This document shows, in pieces, positions 29,239 to 38,423 of a stretch of DNA of 41,207 bases. How positions within the stretch are numbered: position 1 is the stretch's first letter; every line of letters starts with the position of its first letter. The stretch is from Verrucomicrobiaceae bacterium (lineage in GTDB: Bacteria > Verrucomicrobiota > Verrucomicrobiia > Verrucomicrobiales > Akkermansiaceae). The stretch lies in NCBI GenBank assembly GCA_051252135.1, contig JBPOGH010000027.1, forward strand, positions 1-41,207. The letters are read 5' to 3'. The position numbers and the translations under genes were made by a program. The notes below the pieces were generated by a model. The model saw nothing but the letters and a program-made list of their open reading frames with translations, was not told where the DNA came from and searched no databases.

Positions 29239-31749
29239 ATGGCCCGCGTCCTCCTCCTCATCACCCTACTCATCGCCTCTCTCCACGGCGATGACGTCCG
29301 CGTCGCCACTTACAACGTCTACCTCGGTATCGAGGACCCCGAAACCTCCGAATACGCCGCCTTCCTCTCGATCCTCGCCCGCATCGATGCCGACGTCCTC
29401 TGCCTTCAGGAGGTGCGCACAGGAGACCTCGACTCCACCCTCCTCCAGCTCGCCTCCACCCTCGGCTACCCCCACATCTTCACCCCCACCGGCAGCGATT
29501 TCGATAACAACAACAACAACGTCATCCTCTCAAAGTTCCCCTTCGCCAGCACCCACAGCATCAACTCGCCCTCCGGCGCCAAGGACCTCACCCGCACCCA
29601 CGCCGCCGCCGTCATCGATGTCCCCGGCACTCAAAATGACCCCATGGTCATCTGCCTCCACCTCAAATGCTGCTTCGAGCCCGACGACTTCTTCCGCCGC
29701 GCCATCGACCTCCGGCGTGTCACCAATTTCCTCGATGACCAGGGCCTCGACGGATCGGACAACGTCATCATCCTCGGCGATTTCAACCTCCTCGGCTCCC
29801 CCCAATCCTACACCGAACTCCCCGCGGGACTCCCCTCCACCTACACCCTCGGATCAGACATCTCCTTCCCCGTGCAGTACTACATGAACCCCGTGTCCTA
29901 CTTCACCGCCTACCCCCTCCTCAACCCCATGCCCCTCCAGCAGGATGGCATCGATGACGCCACCTACCAAAGCGGATCCATCCTCGACTACATCCTCGTC
30001 TCCCAAGCCATCCTCGACCGCGCCCCCGTCCTCGAAATCTACAACAGCCAACTCGAATCCTCCTTCCCCGGACTCCCCAAATCCGGCAGCGCCCTCGCCT
30101 CCGGCACCTCCGCCCTCGCCTCGGATCACTACCCCGTCTTTGGCGACTTCGATCTCGAAAGCACCATCCCCATCTCCCTCACCCTCGGCACCAATATCCT
30201 CGCCGAGGGCTCCACCCCCACCTCCCTCACCGTCACCCTCCCCCAGGCCCCCGGACCCGGCGAATCCGTCACCGTCCTCCTCTGCTCCTCGGACCCCTCC
30301 GAGGCCATCCCCTCCCAAATGACCCTCACCTTCGCCGCCGGAGTCACCTCCCAATCCACCACCCTCATCCCCCTCCCCGATAGCATCTCCGATGGCACCC
30401 AAACCCTCTCCATCACCGCCTCCGCCGCCGGATTCGGAGGAGATGAAAAAACCCTCTCCGTCCTCGATACCGACCTCGACCACTATCAAATCACCGCCCT
30501 CTACGAGTCCGTCTTCGAGGACTTCCCCGGCTTCGAAGGACTCTCCACTCCCTCGGAATGGACCGCTTCCGGACTCACCTGGCTCGGCCTGGATGACGGC
30601 ACCTCCGCCACCGAAGGCCTTCGCTCCTACGGTCCGGATGGCACCATCGGCATCATCAACAGCGAACCCGTAAGCTTCACCGGCGACTTCCATAACGCCT
30701 CCGGAGAAACCATCACCGCCCTCTCCATCCTCTACACCGCGGAACAATGGCGCTTCTCCTTCGGAGGCTCGCAGGACCGTTGGGAGGTCGCCCTCATCAC
30801 CCCCGCCGGCACCACCCAAATCCCCGATCTCACCTTCACCTCCTCCAACACCATCCACCCCGAAGAAGCCCCCAACGAACTCACCGAAGTCAAAAACGCC
30901 TCCCTTCACGGACTCAACATCGCCCCGGACTCCGACTTCCAGCTCCGCTTCACCGCCGTCCCCGGCGCACCCGGAACCGGCGGAGGCAATGACATCTTCC
31001 TCAATGAACTTCACTACGATAACACCGGCGGCGACTCCGGCGAATTCCTCGAAATCGTCGTCGGCCCCGGCTTCACCGCCCCCCTCTCGGAAGTCACCGT
31101 CACCCTCTACAACGGAGGAAATGACTCCCCCTACGGCAGCCACACCCTCGACACCTTCACCCTCGGAGAAACCACCCTCTCCGGCCACCGCATCTACTCC
31201 AAGGACATCCCCGGAATCCAAAATGGAGACTCCGATGCCATCGCCATCGACCACCTCGGCACCCTCCTCCAATTCCTCAGCTACGAGGGCACCATGACCG
31301 CCACCTCCGGCCCCGCCAACGGAATGACCTCCACCGATATCGGAGTCAGCCAATCACCCTCCACCCCCGTCGGAGAAGAAAGCCTCGCCCTCACCGGCAC
31401 CGGGTCCGGACCAAATGATTTCACCTGGACCACCCAACCCGGCCCCTTCACCAAAGGCACCACCAATATCGGCCAAACCTTCGGAGCCTCCCTCCAGGGC
31501 CAGGGCATCGCCTTCGATGACCTCCAGGTCATCCCCCAAGCCCCTTCAAACGACCCCTCCCCCGTCATCCTCTCAAACTCCATCCTCCGCTTCCAAACCC
31601 TCCCCGGATTCACCTACCTCGTCGAATCCTCCACCGACCTCCAAACCTGGACCCCCTTCGCCACCCGCCAGGGCACCGGCCAACCCACCAATATCAACCT
31701 CACCCCCCTCGACCCCGCACGCTTCTTCCGCGTTCAGGTTTCACCCTAG
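29239..31749 (+). CDS. Secreted endonuclease/exonuclease/phosphatase (EEP) with Ig-like, lamin-tail-like and SxDLxxW C-terminal domains
   Basis: Signal peptide; ATYNV, CLQEV, HLK, LGDFN, LDYILVS, ASDHYPV; IFLNELHYDNTGGDSGEFLEI; tail YLVESSTDLQTW...FFRV. Confidence 0.88.
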   Translation: MARVLLLITLLIASLHGDDVRVATYNVYLGIEDPETSEYAAFLSILARIDADVLCLQEVRTGDLDSTLLQLASTLGYPHIFTPTGSDFDNNNNNVILSKFPFASTHSINSPSGAKDLTRTHAAAVIDVPGTQNDPMVICLHLKCCFEPDDFFRRAIDLRRVTNFLDDQGLDGSDNVIILGDFNLLGSPQSYTELPAGLPSTYTLGSDISFPVQYYMNPVSYFTAYPLLNPMPLQQDGIDDATYQSGSILDYILVSQAILDRAPVLEIYNSQLESSFPGLPKSGSALASGTSALASDHYPVFGDFDLESTIPISLTLGTNILAEGSTPTSLTVTLPQAPGPGESVTVLLCSSDPSEAIPSQMTLTFAAGVTSQSTTLIPLPDSISDGTQTLSITASAAGFGGDEKTLSVLDTDLDHYQITALYESVFEDFPGFEGLSTPSEWTASGLTWLGLDDGTSATEGLRSYGPDGTIGIINSEPVSFTGDFHNASGETITALSILYTAEQWRFSFGGSQDRWEVALITPAGTTQIPDLTFTSSNTIHPEEAPNELTEVKNASLHGLNIAPDSDFQLRFTAVPGAPGTGGGNDIFLNELHYDNTGGDSGEFLEIVVGPGFTAPLSEVTVTLYNGGNDSPYGSHTLDTFTLGETTLSGHRIYSKDIPGIQNGDSDAIAIDHLGTLLQFLSYEGTMTATSGPANGMTSTDIGVSQSPSTPVGEESLALTGTGSGPNDFTWTTQPGPFTKGTTNIGQTFGASLQGQGIAFDDLQVIPQAPSNDPSPVILSNSILRFQTLPGFTYLVESSTDLQTWTPFATRQGTGQPTNINLTPLDPARFFRVQVSP

Positions 31750-32511
31750 CCGCCACCGTCCCCTCACCTCTCCCGCACGCCACTCCCCGTCAAAAGTCAC
31801 CTCCCGCGCCGTCACCCATTCCTCCTCCACATCCACACACCACGTCCGGCTCCCCCGCATAAACGATCCCGTATTCATCACCACCCGGCCATCCTTCTCC
31901 CAAATCCCCACCCGGTGGAAATGCCCGCACACCAACACCCCCGCCTCCGGTGCCACCCGTTCTAAAAAACGAAGCCCCTCCGCCCCCATCGTCGCCCACA
32001 CCCGCAACATCTCAAGCGTCCGGCTCGGCGGCCACATCGCCGTCGCAAAAAAATTAAACGGCACCGGAAGCTTCGGCAGCGGATGCGGCTCGATCAACAA
32101 CGCAATCTCCTGCGCCCGATCCGCACACTCCTGCGCGTCATTCTCATCGTAGCGCGCGATAATCTCCTCCACCTCCTCACGGTAATACGGCATCTCGCGC
32201 GACCACGGAGTCGCGTCCCGATAAACCGCATCCCCGTGCGTCACTAAAACTTTCCCCTCCCCCAACCACGCGATCCCCTCACCCGACTTCGGATCATGAT
32301 TCCCCCTCAAAAAAACACCTCTCTCACCCGCCAACGCCCGCAACTCCCCCAGCATCCTCTCCGCCTCATCCCGCACCACCCGCCGCTCCTGCCACACATC
32401 CCCCGCAAACACCACCTGCTCACACCCCTCCATCAGCGGAGCCAAATCACCAACCTTCTTCACCCGCGATGCCGAGTGCCCCAGATGCAAATCAGAAAGA
32501 ATTCGTACCAT
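31741..32511 (-). CDS. Calcineurin-like metallophosphoesterase (LpxH-like)
   Basis: SDLHLG, AGD, GNHD, THGD, CGHFH, NTGS. Confidence 0.88.
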   Translation of the reverse strand: MVRILSDLHLGHSASRVKKVGDLAPLMEGCEQVVFAGDVWQERRVVRDEAERMLGELRALAGERGVFLRGNHDPKSGEGIAWLGEGKVLVTHGDAVYRDATPWSREMPYYREEVEEIIARYDENDAQECADRAQEIALLIEPHPLPKLPVPFNFFATAMWPPSRTLEMLRVWATMGAEGLRFLERVAPEAGVLVCGHFHRVGIWEKDGRVVMNTGSFMRGSRTWCVDVEEEWVTAREVTFDGEWRAGEVRGRWRLG

Positions 32512-33074
32512 CAGAGTCCTTCCCGTTGCCGCACCGCTTCATAAAGACACACCCCTGAAGCCACACTCACGTTCAGGCAATCCACCTTCCCCTTCATCGG
32601 AAACTTCACCAAAAAATCACACTCCTCCTCCGTCAGCCGCCGCATCCCCTCACCTTCCCGCCCCATCACAATCGCCACCGACCCCTTCAGATCGGTTTCA
32701 TAGAGCGACTGCGTGGCCCGATCCGAGGTTCCCACCAGCCAAATGCCACGCTCCTTCAAATCCCGCATCGTCCGCGCCAGATTCGTCACCTTCACAAAAG
32801 GCACACTCTCGGACGCCCCCACCGACACCCGCCGCACCGTATCCGTCAGCCCCACCGCCTTATCCTTCGGCGCAATCACCGCCGTCACCCCCGCCCCATC
32901 CGCCGTCCGCAGAATCGCCCCCAAATTATTCGGGTCCTGCACACAGTCCAAAATCAACAACAACGGCGCCTCCACCCCCTCCAGAATCTCATTCAAATCA
33001 CCCTCATTGCGAGGCTTCGCCTCACGCTCCCCGCTATGCCGATTCTGCCGGGCCTCACCCGCACGTTTTCTCAT
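32511..33074 (-). CDS. rlmB: 23S rRNA 2'-O-methyltransferase, SpoU/RlmB family (catalytic domain only)
   Basis: [48 protein letters not shown]. Confidence 0.88.
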   Translation of the reverse strand: MRKRAGEARQNRHSGEREAKPRNEGDLNEILEGVEAPLLLILDCVQDPNNLGAILRTADGAGVTAVIAPKDKAVGLTDTVRRVSVGASESVPFVKVTNLARTMRDLKERGIWLVGTSDRATQSLYETDLKGSVAIVMGREGEGMRRLTEEECDFLVKFPMKGKVDCLNVSVASGVCLYEAVRQREGL

Positions 33075-33080
33075 GCGCCG

Positions 33081-33109
33081 TTCCTATCCCCCCTTCCCTC
33101 TCCCGTCAA
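33081..33109 (-). promoter_or_regulatory. Putative leaderless promoter of rlmB
   Basis: TTGACG-N17-TAGGAA-N6-ATG. Confidence 0.55.
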
Positions 33110-33115
33110 TTGCAG

Positions 33116-33244
33116 CCTCAACCACCAAAGGAGTCCCTGCGCCCCCGCCGCTTCGCATCCCTAGCCCGTAACCCGGGTCTCCCCCGTTCAAATCTAAATG
33201 TTAGATGTTAAATGTTCAGTGTTCACCCCCCAACCAAGCCTTCA
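33116..33244 (+). repeat. Intergenic repeat mosaic
   Basis: CCAAAGGAGTC...CGCCGCTTCGC (shared with 41010-41040); heptamers ATGTTAG ATGTTAA ATGTTCA GTGTTCA; CAACCAAGCC at 33231. Confidence 0.8.
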
Positions 33245-33298
33245 CCGACCAATCTTCAAAGCTTCCCTCCCTTCCCAAAATTCTCCATCCTCCCCAAC

Positions 33299-34879
33299 AT
33301 GCGCTCCCTCTTCCTCCTCAGTTTAGGATTTCTTTTCTCGAATGTAGGATTTGCCACCCCTGCGGACAACGGTGCCGAACGCAGTGACGGGAGGAGTGCA
33401 AACTCCGAAAAACCCAACATCATCTTCATCCTCGCCGACGACCTCGGCTACGGCGAACTCGGCTCCTACGGACAGAAAAAAATCAAAACCCCGCACCTCG
33501 ACCAACTCGCCCGCGATGGCATGCGCTTCACCCGCCACTACACCGGTGCCGCCGTCTGCGCCCCCGCCCGCTGCACCCTCCTCACCGGCAAACACCTCGG
33601 AAACGCCGAAATCCGCGCCAACGGCGACTCCAAAAACGGCCGACCCTTCCCCGGCCAATGGCCCATCTCCGATGAAGCCCTCACCATCGCCGAAGTCCTC
33701 AAAACCGCCGGATACACCACCGGCGGATTCGGCAAATGGGGCCTCGGACCCACCGACTCCTCCGGCTCACCCATGACCCAGGGCTTCGACCGCTTCTACG
33801 GCTACAACTGCCAACGCAACGCCCACTCCTTCTACCCACCCTTCCTCGATGACGACGCCTCCATCGACCCCATCAACAAAAACCCCATCCCCGGCCACGC
33901 CCAACAACCCAAAGGCAAAGTCCTCGCCGACACCTACCGCGCCGACGTCTACGCCCCCGACCGCATCCTCGAAGAAGCCCTCAAATTCCTCGACCAATGT
34001 GCCGCAGGCACCAACTCATCAATTCCTAATTCCAAATCCCTATTCCCTAATTCAGAAAAAATGGCCCCGCCTTTTTTTCTCTATCTTCCCTTCGTCGAAC
34101 CCCACGTCGCCATGCACCCACCCGAAGCATGGGTCACCCAATACCCCGCCGAATGGGACGATCAAAACGGCCCCTACCGTGGCCAAAATGGCTACCTCCC
34201 CCACCCCCGCCCCCGCGCCGGATACGCCGCCATGATCTCCGATCTCGATGAACACATCGGTACCGTCCTCAACCGCCTCAAACAACACGGCCTCGATAAA
34301 AACACCATCGTCATCTTCACCTCGGATAACGGCCCCACCCACCCCTCCCGCGATCCCAAGTTCCACGTCGGCGGCGTCGACGCCCACTTCTTCAACTCCA
34401 GCGCCGGACTCCGTGGCTGGAAAGGATCCCTCTACGAGGGCGGCATCCGCGTCCCCACCATCGTCCGCTGGCCCGGCAAGGTAAAACCCGGCACCACCAA
34501 CGGCGCCCCCTCCTACTTCCCCGACTGGTTCCCCACCCTCTGCACCGTCGCCGGAGCCGAAAAACCAAAAAACCTCGATGGCTCCGACCTCCACCCCCTC
34601 CTCATCGGCCAAGGCTTCCAACGCTCCAAACCCATGGTCTGGGAATTCCACGGCTACGGCCTCCAACTCGCCGTCACCGACTTCCCCTGGAAAGCCATCC
34701 GCCAGGAAGCCCGCAAAGGAAAAAGCCAATGGGAACTCTACCACCTCGACCGCGACCCCAACGAAACCACCAACCTCGCCACCCAACACCCCGACATCGT
34801 CGCCCGCCTCGCCAACATCTCCAAAACCGACCGCACCCCCAGCAAACGAAACCGCCTCCCCCTCTACGACAACAAATAA
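33299..34879 (+). CDS. Secreted arylsulfatase (S1 family) with repeat-derived in-frame insertion
   Basis: KPNIIFILADDLGYG, CAPAR, GKWGLG, SDNG, KGSLYEGGIRVP; start ATG 33299. Confidence 0.95.
   Translation: MRSLFLLSLGFLFSNVGFATPADNGAERSDGRSANSEKPNIIFILADDLGYGELGSYGQKKIKTPHLDQLARDGMRFTRHYTGAAVCAPARCTLLTGKHLGNAEIRANGDSKNGRPFPGQWPISDEALTIAEVLKTAGYTTGGFGKWGLGPTDSSGSPMTQGFDRFYGYNCQRNAHSFYPPFLDDDASIDPINKNPIPGHAQQPKGKVLADTYRADVYAPDRILEEALKFLDQCAAGTNSSIPNSKSLFPNSEKMAPPFFLYLPFVEPHVAMHPPEAWVTQYPAEWDDQNGPYRGQNGYLPHPRPRAGYAAMISDLDEHIGTVLNRLKQHGLDKNTIVIFTSDNGPTHPSRDPKFHVGGVDAHFFNSSAGLRGWKGSLYEGGIRVPTIVRWPGKVKPGTTNGAPSYFPDWFPTLCTVAGAEKPKNLDGSDLHPLLIGQGFQRSKPMVWEFHGYGLQLAVTDFPWKAIRQEARKGKSQWELYHLDRDPNETTNLATQHPDIVARLANISKTDRTPSKRNRLPLYDNK
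34022..34056 (+). repeat. Heptamer array inside the sulfatase CDS
   Basis: ATTCCTA ATTCCAA ATCCCTA TTCCCTA ATTCAGA. Confidence 0.8.
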
Positions 34880-34986
34880 CCCCTTCCAAATTCCCACCGC
34901 CCTAAAAGAAGAGCTGAAAGCTCGACAGAACAAAGCCTATCGCTTCAGCCATAGGATCCACCCCCGCAGAAAACCAGAAACCCAGC

Positions 34987-35084
34987 GCCCCAAAGGGGCA
35001 CCATAACGTAGCGAAGGGCAGAGCGAGGAACGAGCGCCGCCCTGGGTACCCGCCAACCGAAAAAGAAATGAGCCCTGAAGGGGC
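34987..35084. repeat. REP/MITE-like element with terminal hairpins
   Basis: GCCCC-AAA-GGGGC ... AGGGC-N19-GCCCT ... GCCCT-GAA-GGGGC. Confidence 0.7.
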
Positions 35085-35108
35085 GATCCAATCTCACGAA
35101 TAGAACAA

Positions 35109-36299
35109 ATGCCCGCTCCAACACCCATCACCCCAAAAACCATTGGCAAATTCCTCCTCGGAAATCGCGACGCCATCCGCACCATTTCCAGCAGCCACAA
35201 ATCCCTCTACCTCTCCTTCCTCTTCATCATCTCCGCAGGACTGGCCCGAAACTACGACCACCACATCCTCTGGAAAGAATGGCTCTGGATCGGAGGCCCG
35301 GTCCTCATGGCCCTCTTCTCATCCTGCTTCATCTTCGCTTTCATCAAAATGTTTGGTGGACTACGCGGAGAAAACGATAACTGCTGCAACTTCGCCGCCT
35401 TCTTCCGGTGCTTCGTCATGACCGCCCCCCTGGCATGGCTCTACGGATTCCCCATCGAGGAATTCACCGGCCCTCTCCCCGCCACCATTTTCAATTTCAC
35501 CATCCTCATCATCGTCTCCCTCTGGCGCCTCATCCTCATGATCCGCGTCACCTCGGTCCTCTTCGGCTACCACCCCTCCCGCGCCTTCGCCCTCGTCGCC
35601 ATCCCCGCCTCTGTCGAAATGTTTTTCGCCACCCTGGTGAGCTCCGTCAGCATCGTCGGCATCATGGGAGGCATGAAACTCAGCGAAGCAGACAGATTCC
35701 TCCTCAACGCCACTTCCGTCGTCACCATGAGTTCGGTTGCCATCTTTGTCATTGGAATCCTCGTTGGTATCTTCGGCCCCAAGGGTGACGTAAAACCGGC
35801 CTCAGAGGATACACCTCTTCCCCGAATCACTCTCCCTTCCTGGATCGCCGCCGGCACCATCATCATTCTCTGGATCGCCCTCGCCATCGTCCCCCAAACA
35901 AAGCTCAACACCCGCGACCACTTCCGCATCCTCATCAACAACGGGCAATACGCGGAAGCAGCCGCATTCACCCGCACCAAGACTCGCGATGACTTCCCCG
36001 CTCATCAAATCCTCCTCAAAAAACACCATGGTTTCCGGTCTCCCCCCGATTCCATGCGCCTCCTCGCCCACCATCAGGACTGGCCCGACTGGCTTCGAAA
36101 AGAATTGGAGGAAGACATCCACCATTGGATCTCAGGAATCCCCGATCGCATCAGTGGCGAAGCCCGTGATCTGCTCATTTTTGATCACATCGCAGACGCG
36201 CCTTTCGCCCGCCAGGTCGTCGGTCAATTCCTCCCCAGCCTCGACCTCAATGAATGGCTCGAAGAGGAAAAAGACGAATCCAAATCCCCTTCCCCATGA
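35109..36299 (+). CDS. Multi-pass membrane hypothetical protein
   Basis: About 7-8 hydrophobic segments plus a soluble C-terminal domain; ATGA overlap with the radical SAM gene. Confidence 0.8.
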   Translation: MPAPTPITPKTIGKFLLGNRDAIRTISSSHKSLYLSFLFIISAGLARNYDHHILWKEWLWIGGPVLMALFSSCFIFAFIKMFGGLRGENDNCCNFAAFFRCFVMTAPLAWLYGFPIEEFTGPLPATIFNFTILIIVSLWRLILMIRVTSVLFGYHPSRAFALVAIPASVEMFFATLVSSVSIVGIMGGMKLSEADRFLLNATSVVTMSSVAIFVIGILVGIFGPKGDVKPASEDTPLPRITLPSWIAAGTIIILWIALAIVPQTKLNTRDHFRILINNGQYAEAAAFTRTKTRDDFPAHQILLKKHHGFRSPPDSMRLLAHHQDWPDWLRKELEEDIHHWISGIPDRISGEARDLLIFDHIADAPFARQVVGQFLPSLDLNEWLEEEKDESKSPSP

Positions 36300-37630
36300 C
36301 CCTCGGCCTCATCGCCATCAGCGGCCTCCGCGTCTGCGATTCCGAATTCCTCGCGAAGGGCCTCACCTTCCCATCCCTCGGCAACCGCGCCAAACAAATC
36401 GAAGCCCTCCCCTCCCTCGGGCTCCTCACTCTCGCCGGCCTCACCCCGCCTGAAATCAAAATCGAATACCTCGAGGTCCGCGATGTCGACCTCGACAACC
36501 TCCCGCATCACTTCGATGCCGTCGCCCTCTCCACCCTCACCGCCACCGCCAAGGAATCCTACCGCCTCGCCGCTCGCTTCCGCGAAATCGGCACCACCGT
36601 CATTCTCGGCGGCCTCCACGCCACTCTCAATCCGCTTGAAGCACAAGAACACGTCGACTGCCTCGCCATCGGCGAAGGCGAAGTCATCTGGCCCCAAATG
36701 ATGACCGACCTCCTCGCCAACAAACTCCAGCCCACCTACAACGCCCAAGCCCTCGGCCCCTTCGATTTCGCAAACTCACCCACCCCCCGCTTCGACCTCC
36801 TCCAGCCCGATCGCTACCCCCGCTTCACCGTCCAGACCCAACGCGGCTGCCCGCTCTCCTGCGAATTCTGCGCCGCCTCCATGCGGCTCTCCCCCAAATT
36901 CCGCGTGAAACCCGTCGATCGCGTCATCGCCGAAATCCGCCTCCTCAAAGACCTCTACCAACGCCCCTTCATCGAGTTCGCCGATGACAACACCTTCGTC
37001 GACAAACGCCACGGCAAGGCCCTCATGCGCGCCCTCGCAAAAGAAGACGTCCGCTGGTTCACCGAATCCGATGTCTCCGTTGCCGACGATGAAGACCTCC
37101 TCAAAATGATCCGCGATGCCGGCTGCCAGCAAATCCTCATCGGCTTCGAAAGCCCCAACTTCACCGCGCTCGATGGCGTCGAGAAAAACTCCAACTGGAA
37201 AGCACGCCGCACCGACCGCTACCTCCGCGCTGTCGAAACCATCCAAAAGCACGGCATCACTGTCAACGGCTGCTTCATCTTCGGCATGGATGGCGACGGC
37301 CCCGAGAGCTTCGGCAACGTCCTCGACTTCGTCGAAAAAAGCGGACTCTACGACGTCCAAATGACCTACCTCACCCCTTTCCCCGGCACCCCTCTCCACC
37401 AACGACTCACCGAAGAAGGACGCATCCTTGTCCAGAACGCCTCGGAAACCTGCACCCTCTTCGATATCAATTTCCAGCCCGACTCCATGTCCGTCGAAGA
37501 GCTCCGCGCCGGCTACCTCAACCTCCTCCCCCGCATCTACGGCGAGGAGTTCGTCGCCCAACGCTACCGCAACTTCCGCCAACACTTGAGACGTAAAATA
37601 AAGGAAGATCGCTCCCTCAAGTCCGGCTAA
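36296..37630 (+). CDS. Cobalamin-binding radical SAM enzyme
   Basis: PSLGLLTLAG, ILGGLHAT, IGEGE, QRGCPLSCEFC, FADDN, IGFES, TPFPGTPL. Confidence 0.93.
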   Translation: MTLGLIAISGLRVCDSEFLAKGLTFPSLGNRAKQIEALPSLGLLTLAGLTPPEIKIEYLEVRDVDLDNLPHHFDAVALSTLTATAKESYRLAARFREIGTTVILGGLHATLNPLEAQEHVDCLAIGEGEVIWPQMMTDLLANKLQPTYNAQALGPFDFANSPTPRFDLLQPDRYPRFTVQTQRGCPLSCEFCAASMRLSPKFRVKPVDRVIAEIRLLKDLYQRPFIEFADDNTFVDKRHGKALMRALAKEDVRWFTESDVSVADDEDLLKMIRDAGCQQILIGFESPNFTALDGVEKNSNWKARRTDRYLRAVETIQKHGITVNGCFIFGMDGDGPESFGNVLDFVEKSGLYDVQMTYLTPFPGTPLHQRLTEEGRILVQNASETCTLFDINFQPDSMSVEELRAGYLNLLPRIYGEEFVAQRYRNFRQHLRRKIKEDRSLKSG

Positions 37631-37631
37631 C

Positions 37632-38417
37632 CTACCTCGCCCGCTCCCGCACCCACTTCACCAGCAGCCCGTGCGCCGGCACCGCCATCCCCCCGTGGTC
37701 AAATCCCTCCAGCTCAAAGAGCTCGCAATCCGGATGCTTCACCTCCTGCATCATCCGCCAAAAATACGCGTTCTCCTCATAACGCCCCAGCAACTCCTTG
37801 TCCCGATCACCCGTGATCAACAGCATCGGCGGCGCATCCTGCCGCACATGAAATAACGGAGCCATCTCATCAATGATCGGCCTCGTCTTCGTGATCCCCC
37901 GCTCTTTCCGCACCGTAAAATGCGTGATCGTGTGACCGCTGTAAGGAATCAGCCCCGCGATCTCTCCCGTCCCAATCCCATGCGCCTTCATCCACTTCGG
38001 ATCCAGCCCCAGCAAGCTCGCCAAATACCCCCCCGCCGAATGCCCGCTGATAAAAATCTTCTCCCGCGCCCCACCATAACTCTCGATATTCCCAAACACC
38101 CACGCCACCGCCGCCGCCGCATCCTCCACACAACTCACCGACTCCACCTTCGGCGTCAACCGATACGATGCCGCCACCACCGCAAACCCCTGCCCCTTCA
38201 GCTCCTTCGGAATCGCTCGCTTCCCCCCCGTCAACCCACCCCCATGAAACCAAACCACCGTCGCAAACCCCTTCTTCCCCTCCGGAAAATACGCATCCAA
38301 CACACACTTCTCCCTCGCATAATCATCCAACCCGTCCCCCGTCCGATAAGCCACCCCCTCCACGTCCCCCATCAATCTCCCCATCAATAAAACCGCCAAA
38401 ATAAAAACCTTCTCCAT
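37632..38417 (-). CDS. Secreted alpha/beta hydrolase (HSL-like esterase)
   Basis: WFHGGG, GHSAGG, FDHGG; short signal peptide. Confidence 0.9.
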   Translation of the reverse strand: MEKVFILAVLLMGRLMGDVEGVAYRTGDGLDDYAREKCVLDAYFPEGKKGFATVVWFHGGGLTGGKRAIPKELKGQGFAVVAASYRLTPKVESVSCVEDAAAAVAWVFGNIESYGGAREKIFISGHSAGGYLASLLGLDPKWMKAHGIGTGEIAGLIPYSGHTITHFTVRKERGITKTRPIIDEMAPLFHVRQDAPPMLLITGDRDKELLGRYEENAYFWRMMQEVKHPDCELFELEGFDHGGMAVPAHGLLVKWVRERAR

Positions 38418-38423
38418 CAACCC

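Noticed and set aside
29506..29520. (AAC)5 microsatellite as a phase-variation switch
   Set aside because: Short trinucleotide run; slippage would preserve the frame
31741..32511. Firm lpxH assignment
   Set aside because: Only generic metallophosphoesterase motifs are visible (GNHD rather than LpxH-type GNRD); substrate cannot be determined by eye
33212..33298. Upstream extension of the sulfatase ORF
   Set aside because: It runs through intergenic repeat DNA; the signal peptide begins at ATG 33299
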